In this document: one piece after another, positions 52,327 to 64,000 of the stretch
Layout of the letters: every line of letters begins with the position of its first letter
How positions within the stretch are numbered: the stretch's first letter is position 1
NCBI RefSeq assembly: GCF_006345805.1
Contig: NC_043018.1
Coordinates: 11,780,001-11,844,000 of the forward strand
Origin: Octopus sinensis
Taxonomy: Eukaryota
DNA length: 64,000 nt
Direction of reading: 5' to 3'
Notes under the pieces: model-generated
What the model was told of the DNA's origin: nothing
Database searches by the model: none
The model's input: only the letters and a program-made list of their open reading frames with translations
Program-made: the position numbers and the translations under genes

Positions 52327-52350
<24 letters not shown>
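51053..52350 (+). repeat. Apparently exact 635-bp tandem duplication of an RTE 3'-UTR-derived element bounded by (CA)n
   Basis: Three ORF end coordinates recur offset by exactly 635 nt; each unit ends with an RTE-type (GAT)n tail. Confidence 0.93.
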
Positions 52351-52357
<7 letters not shown>

Positions 52358-53848
52358 TACATATTTAAAAAATTTTTAATAGGGTCTGAAAATACTTCAA
52401 AAATACAAAAATTATGCAAGATAATTGAGCTTCATACATAAAAATGAAGCTTTGCTAAATTCTAATGGGGTATATTTTGAAAGGTGTTTGTTTTTAATTG
52501 AACAATTTTTGTTAGACATTTCTTTGATCTCTTTGTACAGAAAATACTGTCTTACTGAAAAAAGTTGATCAGAACTTGGCATATAACAGTACTTCAGCAT
52601 ATCATCGGCAAGTCATGGCTTTTGGGAAAACAAGAAAAATGCCAGAAATCAATTCTCGTATGTTTTACCATTTTAGTTTTCTTTTGTTCATTCTGTTGTT
52701 TGGTTTTCGTCATTCTTTTTTGTTTTTGTTCTTGCAGTGTTGGGGGAGGCGATTGTGGTTGTGGCAGCAGAAGGGGTGAGTGCCTTGGATTGTATGTTTG
52801 GCATAAAACAAAGTCAAAAGCATTCATGAATAGTCATCATTATTCTGTTTTATCCTCGTTATTTTAACCCCTTAATAGGTCAATTATTTGGACATGGTGT
52901 TTCATTTCAGAGCATATTTTTTTTATTTCATTTTTTACACGGTGCCATATTTTACAATCCTGTAAATAATAATAATAATGGTATTTATCCTATAAGCTTT
53001 TCAGTGCAATTATAATCACTTTATTATTTCATTTCCTTATCTATGTAAGCACAGTTTCATCTTCCATGCCGTATGTTTAAGAGAAAAAAAACTTGAGATC
53101 CCTTTGCTCGATCCCTCTTTCCCTCTCTTTCACACTCATTTATTATTGTCACTTATTCATTTATCTAATCCTGTCGCAGTTTGGCTGACCAAAAACTGCT
53201 GGTCATGGCTCTAGTTGAGAATCCAAATTCCCAACTCTATCTCATTCTTATCGTTAACATTTTATCGCACCAGTCGTCTGAGTTTTTGCTGTTTCATGGT
53301 GTGCCTTCCCACCCCCACCAGTGGCTGAGGGGAAATTAGTAAAGTATATAGAGAGGTAGGGGAGAAGATGGAGTGAGGGTTGAGTAGGGGGTCAGAATAG
53401 CAGTTGTTAGTGGGGCAAAGGAATTGGGTTGGTATTGGAGGGGAGTGTTATGGTATGGAGAGGTGTTTCTCTATAATTGAAGAAACAAACCAGTTACTGA
53501 TTAAGGCCGGAGGAATCAGCACAATTGTAGAAAATATTCAAAAAGGCGTTTAAGACAGTTCTCTACACTTGGATGTCTGATGTTGACTGTGCTATGTGGT
53601 ATACATGTCTCTGTGTATGTGTCATATGCATGGTGTGTATGCATGCATGCAAACACACACACACATGATGTGCTTATGTACATAATCCATTTAGAATGAC
53701 TAAATATTAGTGATATAGTGGAAGTGGGATCAGTTTAATTAACCAGATTCTTCCCTTACAAATTCTACCCTTCCCAAATAATAGAAATCTATATTTATCT
53801 TTATTTATTCCCTTAACCCCATCATTTATCTTCTTTCTGTGATTACAG

Positions 53849-53922
53849 CTCGAATGGCTGCAGGAACCCCTTTGTATAAGAGTAAAGAGGAATATTATGA
53901 TGAAGAGCTGCGATTAAGAAAG
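53849..53922 (+). CDS. IQCE: IQCE exon (TRMAAGTPLYKSKEEYYDEELRLRK)
   Basis: Resembles vertebrate IQCE GTP.Y..KE..YDE...L.K; TACAG acceptor and GT donor. Confidence 0.88.
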
Positions 53923-54169
53923 GTCGGTGTCTATGGTTACCTTTTTTTATTGTTTTGTTTTGTTTTCACTCTTGACACTCCATCAATACTATTTTTATCT
54001 CTCTTCCCAGCTTTGTCCCACACACTCTTTTATGATGCAAGTAACCCTGTACCTCCTCCTCAGCAAATCATCTTTTTGGTTCTGGCCCTTTCTTTCATAA
54101 TTTAACCCCCCCCCCGTTTCTTAGCCTAAAGCCATCTTCCTTACTACTTTAGTTTCACTCAGTTGAAAG

Positions 54170-54395
54170 GAATCTTAGTCTTGCAAGCGGGATGGCAACT
54201 TCACTAGTGCTGGTGCCATGAAAAAAGCAGCCAGTACACTCTATAAAGCAGTGGTATTAGGAAGGGCATCCAACCATTGAAATCATGCCTAAGCAGACAT
54301 TGGAGAATGCTGCAGTCCTTGAAGCTAGCGGATCTTGTTAAACCATGCAACCCATGCCAGCACGAAAGATGAACATTACAAGATGATCACGACAA
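54170..54395 (+). mobile_element. Short element carrying the RTE 3' tail (SINE-like or heavily truncated LINE)
   Basis: GGAAGGGCATCCA...CAACCCATGCCAGCA...GATGA tail shared with the LINE; similar copies at ~6080-6265 (+), ~13005-13150 (-), ~37020-37210 (-). Confidence 0.7.
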
Positions 54396-55376
54396 AGAGG
54401 ATGAGGTTCAGTTGCTTGGTGAGATACACCTATGGAGGCTCATAGCCACTGCACCCAAAATGATTCACAATTTAAATATCATTTGGTATTATGTTGTCCA
54501 AGGAAAAAATATCGTTAAAGAAAGTTATCTTATAGACTGGCATCCTATACAGGAGATTTATCACTCACCTGCTGAACCCTAAAATCACAAAGCAACGAGG
54601 GCACCTCTATATGATTGCTTGTCCTGTTAGAGATAATAACCAAAATCTCTTTCATATTCTACCTTACTGTCCAAAAAAGAAAGGATAAGATGGATAATGT
54701 CGTCCTACTATATTGCAAAAGCATTAACTGTTAAATCAGAACTAATCCCTGAAACTGTCTTCCCACTGGAAAATGGAAAGACAGTTTTATTAAATAGCAC
54801 CTTTGTGGCCAATCCTGTTTCTTAAATGACTTGGGTGGTAAGAACAGTGCTTTATCAAGTAAATAGATTACAAATAAATATAATTAGTAATAGATATAGT
54901 TCATAATTGTAATGAATCTCCATTGGTTATAATAATGAGTGGCTGAGTATTCCACAGACATGTGTAGCTTTAATGTAATCCTCAGGTAGAACCAATGTGA
55001 TGCAGTGTGACAAGGCTGGACTTTTAAATTACATTTATAATCCATCCAATGGGCTTCCACACAGTTTCCATCATCTTAGTCTGACTCACTTGGCAAGAGT
55101 TAATCTGAGACTATGGTAAAGGAGACACTCTTGCTCAAGATGCCATGCAGTGGTATTAAATCTGGAACCTTGTGTTTCTTCAGGAAACTTCTTAACCATT
55201 CAGCTATACTAGGTCCATTAATGTAATTACAGTGCCGATAAATCTAATACACTAGTTTTAGTCCAGTTCAGTCAAGTCTCTTTCTACCCAAATATGATGG
55301 CTCTCAAGTATCTATACCCTGATAAGATGGCTCTCAAATATTTATTTTTTACTTTTTAATCTTTCTTTCTTGTTAG

Positions 55377-55454
55377 GAAATTGGATCACTGAAGCAAGAA
55401 AATTCTACGCTGAAAACTAAACTGCGCCGTTTGGAAGAAGATAATCTTAAGAAG
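55377..55454 (+). CDS. IQCE: IQCE exon (EIGSLKQENSTLKTKLRRLEEDNLKK)
   Basis: TKLRRLEE.N coiled-coil motif of IQCE; TTAG acceptor and GTTAGT donor; 78 nt. Confidence 0.92.
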
Positions 55455-56490
55455 GTTAGTTGGTTGCTATCACTGCCATATCCCTGGTTATGTCTCAGAG
55501 TCTGAGGAAGACCGTTCTGCAGTTTCTTATTGTGTAACCTGCACAAATGATTTGTTTGTAGTGATTAAATGTTTTCAGTTATACATTAGCTCACTCGCTC
55601 CTCCTTCAAAGTTCAAAGTGTGCCACAATTCAAGTGTTGAAGTCATTGCAGAGTTGAAGTGTTTTGCGCAAGAACACAATGAATCACTGGATCCAGGAAT
55701 TGAAACCATGATCTCATGACTGTGAGTGCAACACCTCATCCACTAGCTCATGTGTCCTGCCCACACACTGAAAGGAAATGAATGGACAATGATGATTCAA
55801 TATATGCTGTATTTGTTTCAATAACATGGCAGTTCATGCATCTTGTCATATAGAACCAGCGGCCATTTTGTGAGGCACCCAAACTTCTGGTAGAATAAAG
55901 ATTGGCTGCTCAAGTTCAAACCCTAAAAACTTTAGCTGTATCAATAGTAGGAGGGATTGAAAAGGAGATTTAACCAATCAATCGTCTCTAATATAGTATC
56001 ATCAACCCATTTTTAAAAAATGGGTGTGGTCAACATCTTTCTATCTTAATCATAATCATTTACAGCTAGGCAACAATTTACAATTATTTAGATAACATTT
56101 GACCTAACCTCCGACACAAGAGAATCTTTTAGCTGTCACACAAACATTAAGAAATTATTATAACACAAATTAATTGAAGTTTCACTAATAAATAATAATA
56201 ATAATAATAATAATAGTCAACAGTCAGCAGCTGAAGACATGGAAATATGAATAGAAGCCAACAGAACAACTGAAAAATAACTTTTTGATTATTTTTAAAA
56301 ACTTGGAATTTCCATAATTATCTATAATTTTCTGTGAGTATTTAAAATTTTCTTGAATATAATTCAATGATTCAAGTGTTAGACATGAATCAATGAGCTC
56401 CCTGGGAAGAAAAATTAAATCTGAAATCATCACCAAACAGGATGTAAGAAACTGCAGAAAACTGAATGAAAATTGTTTTTAAAGTCAGTC

Positions 56491-56544
<54 letters not shown>

Positions 56545-56569
56545 AACCCCCCCCCCCAGATATATATGA

Positions 56570-56850
56570 AGACCTCATTTAAGGATATGAATACAATTAA
56601 GAGTATGAAGACAGGGAAAGCCCCTGGCCCCAATCACCACTAAAGCACTTAAAATATCAGGCAGAGTGGGATATAGCTTGGTCCCCTATATAGTTAATCA
56701 GGTTGATCATGAAGGAGTCATATCCAACAACTGGTGTAGCAGCATCACAGTCGACTGCTACAAAGGTAAAGGTGACTCCTTAGACAGAAATAACTACAGA
56801 GGTGTCAGATTGCTGGACCAGGTAACAAAAGTCACAGAAAGGGTCATATC
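56570..56850 (+). mobile_element. RTE LINE internal fragment
   Basis: KTGKAPGP, CYKGKGDSLDRNNYRGVRLLDQVTKVTERVI. Confidence 0.85.
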
Positions 56851-56967
56851 TATTCCTGTGTCTGGTGAGGCATCACAAAACTCCAGCAGCTTTGTACGTT
56901 CCTAATTTCTGAAGCCAAAGCTGTAGCCACCATGTACACCTTGAAATCCATCAGAGTGTTTTCCAAC

Positions 56968-57526
56968 ATGTCTGGAAAGTTCATGCCAATTTATAGTAGC
57001 TTACCTTTTCACTTATTTTAGAACATGGTTGAGTCCATAAAACAGGATTTGACTACACCTCCATTTAGAGTACAGTTAAGCTATCTTTTTGTGGAAGAAG
57101 GTTTATGTTCCTATAACCTGTGTTAATTCTGTAACCCTTTAAAATGGAAGATAAAGTTCATTTTCGGCACTTGATGCTTTGGGAACCAGACAAAAATTGC
57201 TGAAGCTCGGCTGGGATGTGTTACCCCACCCTCTATATTCACCAGATATTGCTTCTTCGGATCTCCATATATTTACGTCTCTCCAGAATAGTCTTAATGG
57301 TAAAAATTTCAATTTCTTGGATGACGTAAAAAGATACCTTGATGAATTCTTTGCCATGAAACCACCTCAATTCTGGGAAGAGGGTATTTTCAAGTTAAAG
57401 GAAAGATGGAGACGCATTGTGCAACAAAACGGTTCATATTTGGTTGATTAAAAATGTAATGGCAAGTATTTATTGACCTTTTTCTTTCCTTTAAAAATCA
57501 GCACAAACTTTCCAGACAACCCAATA
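56968..57526 (+). mobile_element. Internally deleted mariner element
   Basis: TIR-like TGTCTGGAAAGTTCATGC / GCACAAACTTTCCAGACAACCCAATA; N-terminal MEDKVHFRHLML fused to C-terminal WDVLPHPLYSPDIASSD...GIFKLKERWRRIV. Confidence 0.85.
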
Positions 57527-57666
57527 TATTATCAATTTCTAACTAAAAGGGATTTTCTTGTGACCCATAGTCACCCAAGAATTTAATTACATCATGTCCT
57601 AACTGGACAGCCTCTAATTAAAACAGAACTAAATGAAACATAATTTTCATTCTAAATTTCTTTCAG

Positions 57667-57702
57667 GAAAAAGAAATTGCTGCCCTCCTTGATACTGGAA
57701 AG
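57667..57702 (+). CDS. IQCE: IQCE small exon (EKEIAALLDTGK)
   Basis: 36 nt, TTTCAG acceptor and GTAAAG donor; matches the IQCE I..LLD segment. Confidence 0.85.
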
Positions 57703-58047
57703 GTAAAGAGAAAACATTTGTTAAATTTTAGTGCATTTGGTAGACAGAAATTGAAAGACGTCCATCATGTATATGATAGTAATCAGAAAATCAAGTGTAG
57801 GATTCAATGCTTTGTAGGACAAACTGCTGGGTATGCAATCATGCACTTCCCTCATGAATGTCCCGCAGTAAATGCAACAGTTTGTGTTAAAGCTCCAAAT
57901 ACATACATTTTTCCCATTATGCAAATTACCAACAACCCTCCCCCATATCCCACAAAATAGCAAGGGACAGACAAAGCATCTTATCAAGGATATTTTTACA
58001 GGTGCACTGAGCATTCCCATGACTGTGAACCTAGTGAATCTGTTGGA

Positions 58048-59620
58048 TCATAACACTTGCTGCTCTTGTAGTTCTGTTGGGTTTTTCGTTTCCCTATGTC
58101 TTGCTGTGACTCTAGCAGTTCTTAGTAAACTTTCTTCACTATTATCTACATAGGAGTTTATATCTACTCTAGCTAACTCCACCCAGTCTTCTACTGATAT
58201 TAACACTCCTCCACCCTCCTTTCTAGGTAGGTATAATCTTGCTACTCCTGCCCTTGGTGGAGTCCTCCATTCATATTGAATTCCTTCTAGCTTTGCTAAT
58301 TCAGCTTTTGTCCAATCTGCAAAAGCTGAATATCTAAGTAACGATACTGCCCAAGTATTTACAGCCTTCACTAGATTCGAACCATTTAGCATTGACTTCA
58401 TTAGCTTCCTCACCCTTCTGATGTACTCCTTCTCAATTTTCGTTTTTATTTCTGTAGTTAGTACTTTATCAGATTCTAATACTCCTAGGTACTTAAAACT
58501 CTCTCCCCCTTTCCATGATTTTCATGTCTGGCCATCTGGTAATTGAATGCCTTCACTGTTGGCTACCTGACCCCTTCTCATGACTAATACTGCACATTTA
58601 TCTATGTCAAATTCCATGGCTATAACTTTGCTGAAGAGTCTTACACTATGTATTAAGGAATCTAACTATTTTTCATTCTTACTAAAAAGCTTCAGATCAT
58701 CCATGTAGAGCAAATGGTTAACTTTTCCCTTACTATTTCTGAACTGACACCCTGCTTTTGCCTTAATATTAAACTGAGGGGATTAGACATAAGACAAATA
58801 TTAAAGGGGACAACAAGTCCCCTTGGAAAATTCCTCTTTTGATATCAACTTTGCCTAAGTGTGTGTCACCTGAGTAGGGATCTACCTTCCATTCCTTCAT
58901 GCTACAGCTAATTAATTCTCTTATGTTGCCTGCTATACTGAATATACTCAGACATTCACGCATCCATGAGTGTGGGATCATGACATAGGCTTTCCTATAA
59001 TCTATCCTTTCTATTGTTAGATTTTCTTTCTAACCTTTGCTTCATTTAGAACTGCTTTGTCTATGTATAATAGATCAAGCGTTCCTCTAGCCTTCTTCCT
59101 GCAACCTTTTTGTTCTTCTGGCAGTAAATTCTGGTTGTTAAGGTGCTCGTAAATGCTTTCTGAAAGCATTCCTGTTAACAGCTTCCACACTAATGGTAAG
59201 CAAGTGATTGCTAGCTGTATTACCCTTGCTCTTATCCTTCATAATGAGTATTGTCCTCCCTCTAGTCATCCAATCTGGTATTATTCCTCCATTAAGGCAA
59301 TCTTGAAGTTGTTCCCTCAGCCTCCCATGTAAACTACTAAATTTCTTTAACCAGTACACTTGAACTAAATCTGGTTCTGGGCCCTTCCAATTTGGCATTT
59401 TTCCCAATACTTTACTTATTAATTCAATAGTTGGTCTTAGACCTGGTTGCCTTTCATTCATTATTTCTGTCTTCACTTTCTGTAACCATACTGCATCTCC
59501 ATTATGATTGACTGGATTGTCCTAAACATTACTCCAGAACTTTCTAGCTTCTTCTGCATTAGGTTTCTCATCTTCAGTACTTCGTTTTCCACTATTTATT
59601 TGGTTATAAAATCTCCCATT
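58048..59620 (-). mobile_element. Decayed R4/Dong-clade non-LTR retrotransposon RT fragment
   Basis: PNWKGP.PD....YWLKKF, PDWMTRGRTILI.KD, IPHSW, RGIFQGD.LSPL.F, LLYMDDLKLF, VKAVNTWAVSLLRYS. Confidence 0.85.
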
Positions 59621-59924
59621 AACAAATCTCAAGGTTTCAGATTAATCATACCAACGTTACATGCCCACTTTAAGAAAAATTGATGGCACAGAAAAAACCC
59701 CACAAAAAGCAAAGGGATTGTATCTTAAAAAAAAATGGTGAAATGGGGAATGTGTCACTCAATCATATTTCCTTTTCAGAAATTATTTGTCCTTTGCTCT
59801 GTGGGTAAAAAAAAGGCATTTTAGATTGGGAAAAAAACAAGCACACTGTCTTGTTGATGTTGTAATAATCATGAAATATTGAGTATAAGAAAATTTTTAC
59901 TTTTTTTTTTGCATCTTTTGATAG

Positions 59925-59975
59925 AACGAGGAATTTCGGAGAACCTTAACTGATCGACGATCAGAATCCTTCATT
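59925..59975 (+). CDS. IQCE: IQCE exon (NEEFRRTLTDRRSESFI)
   Basis: 51 nt, polypyrimidine tract + ATAG acceptor, GTAAGT donor; F.RTL motif. Confidence 0.87.
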
Positions 59976-60636
59976 GTAAGTTGTTACTATTTAAATATTT
60001 GAATAATTGAAATATCTAAGATTCATTCTAAAATTTGCAATGATTTATATGTGATAAATGTTCAACGTGTCAATTCACCCAGCTATCATTATACTGCAGT
60101 CTGGGAATTCCATGAACAGTTCCACTGTGAGGTGGGAGAGGCACGATAATTGAATGGGTAAGGAGTTCACTTTGCAACAATGAAGTGCCAGGTTTGATTC
60201 CACATCCCATATTGTGACATCTTGGGTGGAGGTCATTTTTTGTAGCCTGGAGTCAACCCAAATTTTGTGAGTGAAACAGAGTGGCATGAACCTGTAGAGA
60301 AGGTTGTCAGGTGACTTCTGCTGTTATTCAAAAGCTACCATCATGTTACACACTGTTTCTGATTGAAAGTTTTATCTAAAGCACACATATCTGTAGAATG
60401 CTCAGCCACTTAGATATTAATTGAGGAGATTTAAGTTGAATTCTCATCAACACTCAACAGAGATTCACCACTAATTATGAAACATTGCTTCCCCAGACTA
60501 ATTAATTAACAGACACAAAAATAGTTAAATCAAGGAAAGAACTTCTTAACTACAAAGCCCAAAATTTACCACCCCATCACATTCACTCACAAACTATTCC
60601 AACTTTAATTTCATCTTCTTTATTTTCATATTACAG

Positions 60637-60707
60637 GTTATTTCAAATCTCAAGCATAAAATTATGAAACTAGAAGCACAACTTAAAGCCAAGGAAACTG
60701 CCTATTT
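60637..60707 (+). CDS. IQCE: IQCE exon (VISNLKHKIMKLEAQLKAKETAY-L)
   Basis: TACAG acceptor, GTAAG donor; VI..LK..I.KLE.Q...K motif; phase 2. Confidence 0.9.
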
Positions 60708-61829
60708 GTAAGGAAAATTTCACTCCTCAACTATTATCTGTGTGCACATATACACACACATGCATGCATGCACGCACACACACACACACACACACATGTA
60801 CACATACTTCTTCCCTTTGGACTTGCCTATTTTCCCATTTTAAAAAGAAGAGCCCATGCTCAAAACATAAAACAACTACTCTCTTCCTTCTCCAAGCATC
60901 GTATTAATATTTTGCTTGTGCTACGTCCTCATGTCTGTTTTTTCTTTTTCCTTTTTCATTCTCTTTTTTAATTAATTGTATGCACACACACACACATCAT
61001 CATCATCTCTCTGATATAACATTTGGTTTCCATGCTGGCATGGGTTGTAACTGAAAGAGAATAGAAGAGAGAGAGAGAGTAGGTAATGATCCTAGAAGGA
61101 TGAGGAAATGGTAAGAGGAGAGAATGTGGGAGTATGGCAGGGAAGGGATTAGTGATGGCTGTCATTGAGAAAAACAGGAATAAATTCAAAAAGATGTAGT
61201 CAGAAGATCTGAGGGAAATGGGAGAGGGTTAAGAAAAAGGGAGGAACAGAGTTGGAAAGGTCACAGTGTGGGTTGTGTTTGGGAGTATCTAAGCTAATCA
61301 ATATTATAAGAGGTGAGTGTATACAGATGTGAAGGATAGGGTTCAAGAAGGGAGAAACAGACTACTGTGTTTGAACACTCAACCGCTCAAAGTGAGGGAC
61401 AAAAAGTGCATGGAAGCTTTTTGGATGAACTTTACTTGTAACACAATGGTCCAGCTTTTTCACAAACTGCATCATGTTGACTCTACCTAAGTATTACATT
61501 AAGGATACAAATAACTGTGGAATACTCAGCCAGCTACACTATAGCTCATTGAGTAGGTAGTTCAGTTGATCAGACAACTAGAATATTAACTGTGAAAATG
61601 GAAGTGACTTCCATCATTTACAGTCTTTCTGACATTAAAATCCAACTTGCCCGGCACCAGTCTTAGTTCTAAGATACAAACTTCTTGTTTTAGAGAAATC
61701 CAATTTGAAACTTTCCATCAAACTTTTCTGTTAATATGTAATTTATGTTCCAAACACTCGCTTGATTGTAACAAAGCCAGTTTCTTTCAACAGAAATATG
61801 GTAACAAAAGCATTGAAATAAAATAAATG

Positions 61830-62075
61830 CGCCCCTTTAAAGCCTAGCCAGGCTCATGGGCCCAGTTTCCCGGTTTCTATGGCTATATGTTCCCCAGCTG
61901 GATGGGACGCCAGTCCATCGCAGTGTTACTCATTTTTGCCAGCTGAGTGGACAGGAGCAACATGAAATGAAGTGTTTTGCTCAAGAACACAACGCATCGC
62001 CTGGTCTAGGAATTGAAACCACAATCTTATGCTCATGATGCTGACACCCTAACAACTAAGCCACGCGCCTCCACT
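61830..62075 (-). mobile_element. tRNA-derived SINE with V-domain-like 3' part (related family)
   Basis: TGGCTTAGTTG A box, GGTTTCAATTCC B box, CTGCGATGGACTGGCGTCCCATCCAG. Confidence 0.75.
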
Positions 62076-62257
62076 ATATAAAGTGATCTAAATTAAAAGC
62101 TTCCATTAAAATTTCCATCAAAATTTATATCCCAAACAGTATCTTAATAATGTCAAAGTTATTTCATAAAATTCTTCATTATTTTCAAAATTAACTGAAA
62201 CAGTGTTTTTCAACAAAAATAGGGTAACAAAAGCATCAAACTTTTTAAATACTTTAC

Positions 62258-62547
62258 TGTTATGGCGAGAGTCATTGACACCCCCTTGTAAGAATGGACT
62301 AGCCGGACTCATATAAGTAGCAGCATGTTTCACTGATTGGGCAAATGAGAAAATCGCAGGAAGTCATAAAGCATCGTTTGAGAGTTCCTGGAATCACAGG
62401 AAATTGTTGAGAGATTGTTTTGGAGTTGTTACATTGTTTGGCAGAGTACTTGGGGATATATCAAGTGGAGACAGTTTGTATCTTCCCCCGTTTCGTAGTA
62501 TTGTACATTCCACTGTCATAGGGTGCAAAAGTGACGTACAGTAATCA
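62258..62547 (+). mobile_element. Possible short solo LTR
   Basis: TGTTA...TAATCA termini, CTTTA(C/T) on both flanks, TATAA inside. Confidence 0.3.
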
Positions 62548-62596
62548 CTTTATAAAACTTACCATTTTGAGAACCAAACTTCTTTCTTTGTGTCAG

Positions 62597-62704
62597 GAAA
62601 CTGAAGAGCAATTTGAAAACCACCAAAGTTGAAGAACTACAAGTTCAGGTAGAAACACTTCACCAGGAAATTGTACGTCTACAGAATTGCAACAGTGAAC
62701 AGAA
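62597..62704 (+). CDS. IQCE: IQCE exon (KLKSNLKTTKVEELQVQVETLHQEIVRLQNCNSEQ-K)
   Basis: KTT..EE.....ET...E..RLQ motif; TCAG acceptor and GTAAG donor; phases match neighbours. Confidence 0.92.
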
Positions 62705-63611
62705 GTAAGAATAAATTACTGAAACATAATGGTTTGTGTATTGGTTGTTTTTTTTTTTTCTGCTCTGGATTCAGCCAACTGGAAATAGCAGTCAAATTTC
62801 TCTCAAAACACACCTGACTGTCTCAAATATAGAAGAACATATTGAATCATGGTATCTAAGACATAATATGTTTGCAAAAAAACAAAAAGCCAGACATGGC
62901 TGAGATTAGAAACAATGAAACTATAAATATTAGTAACTCTATCTCTGTCTGTCTCTCTCTCTCAAAATATACCCCAGGTTTTAATTAACACCTGGTTTTA
63001 TATGCTTATGGAGTGAAAATAACAGACTATCAGCTCATGAATTGCGAGTTCAAATCTACTGCTGGTATTTTACTGTTCTTTTCAAAACACTATTCTGAAT
63101 TGCCACAGTTCTAGAAATCAGAAATAGGTACAGGATTGCTGGGGAGTGTTACCTTTGATGAATTGATGCCCTGTCCAGCTTAAGATGTATCTGTCATCTA
63201 CTTCACACATAAACATTGGGCAAATCACTGACTCTAATGAGTCTTTCAGGGCTCAAGATATATATTTTTTATATATATTTGTTTTCAAATCTGAACCATT
63301 ACTGTTACCAAAATGTTCAACAATATCTTATTCAAGCCAACAAGAGAATGTCTATATGATTGCTTGACCTGCTAGAAATAGTAACCAAATGTTGCTCAAA
63401 TCATACTCCTTTTAAAAAAGGAAGTGCACATTGATCGTCCTGGAAATACAAAAGGATGAAATGGTCAAGATTGAAACGTTTTTAATCATAGATGTGCTCA
63501 GTGAGAACTGACCTGGTGTTAAATGACAAAAATATATGTTTTGACCTCTCCATCTTTCATCTTTGTTCAAAGTGGAAATATTGTGTCTTACTCTTTAAAA
63601 CTTATATTTAG

Positions 63612-63811
63612 GTTCTTTAAAAAAGAGAGTGGGAACAGTACGAAAATGAAAGCATTGAGTGACACTGTTCTGTGTTTGAACCAGACTTTGGAACAACTTC
63701 GAAATGAAAATCAGTCTTTGAAAGAAGATTTGGTTGAAGCTCTTGAAAACACAAGCCAAAACAAGGTTTCGAAAAGTTTGAACCAAAATAAAACTAACTC
63801 TGAAACAATCA
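63612..63811 (+). CDS. IQCE: IQCE exon (FFKKESGNSTKMKALSDTVLCLNQTLEQLRNENQSLKEDLVEALENTSQ...); gene continues beyond the window
   Basis: ENQSLKEDL motif as in vertebrate IQCE; TTAG acceptor and GTAAGT donor. Confidence 0.9.
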
Positions 63812-64000
63812 GTAAGTATTTCTGGTGCTTATGTATGGTCTTTACTTTTTTATTTTCAGTTTTCTCATTTCTGGAATGGTTTATTTACACGGATGCCCAA
63901 ATGTATTAGATTACACCTAAGAAAAATCAAAATCCATTTATCTATTTAAACAAACTTACTCCATCATGCAAATTGCTAATTTTCCCCCACAATGATATAA

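Noticed and set aside
56222-56275. CTGAAGA motif after (TAA)n as a third hammerhead
   Set aside because: No stem II pairing or properly placed GAAA and stem III.

Overview
AT-rich, repeat-dense eukaryotic genomic DNA. It is very probably from an octopus, an inference from the SINE/RTE families and the kilobase-long TA microsatellites. Two spliced genes are arranged head-to-head. SNX8 (minus strand) has seven coding exons from ATG 43940 down to 2122 and continues off the left edge; it has an EH-like N-terminus, a PX domain and a ~30.7 kb intron 3. IQCE (plus strand) has eight coding exons from ATG 47640 to 63811 and continues off the right edge. All exons join in phase with GT-AG sites. The introns hold two tandem, near-identical, nearly full-length RTE LINEs (EN + RT, with a PHD finger inserted in the RT and a modular repeat 3' UTR) embedded in TA arrays. 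They also hold older RTE, R4/Dong, mariner, piggyBac, Chapaev-like and Helitron-like relics, MITEs, possible solo LTRs and many tRNA-derived SINEs. The least expected signals are a canonical type I hammerhead ribozyme fold (sense to IQCE, 50612-50699) and a second, degenerate hammerhead (30967-31053). Family assignments come from recognised motifs only; no database searches were run.
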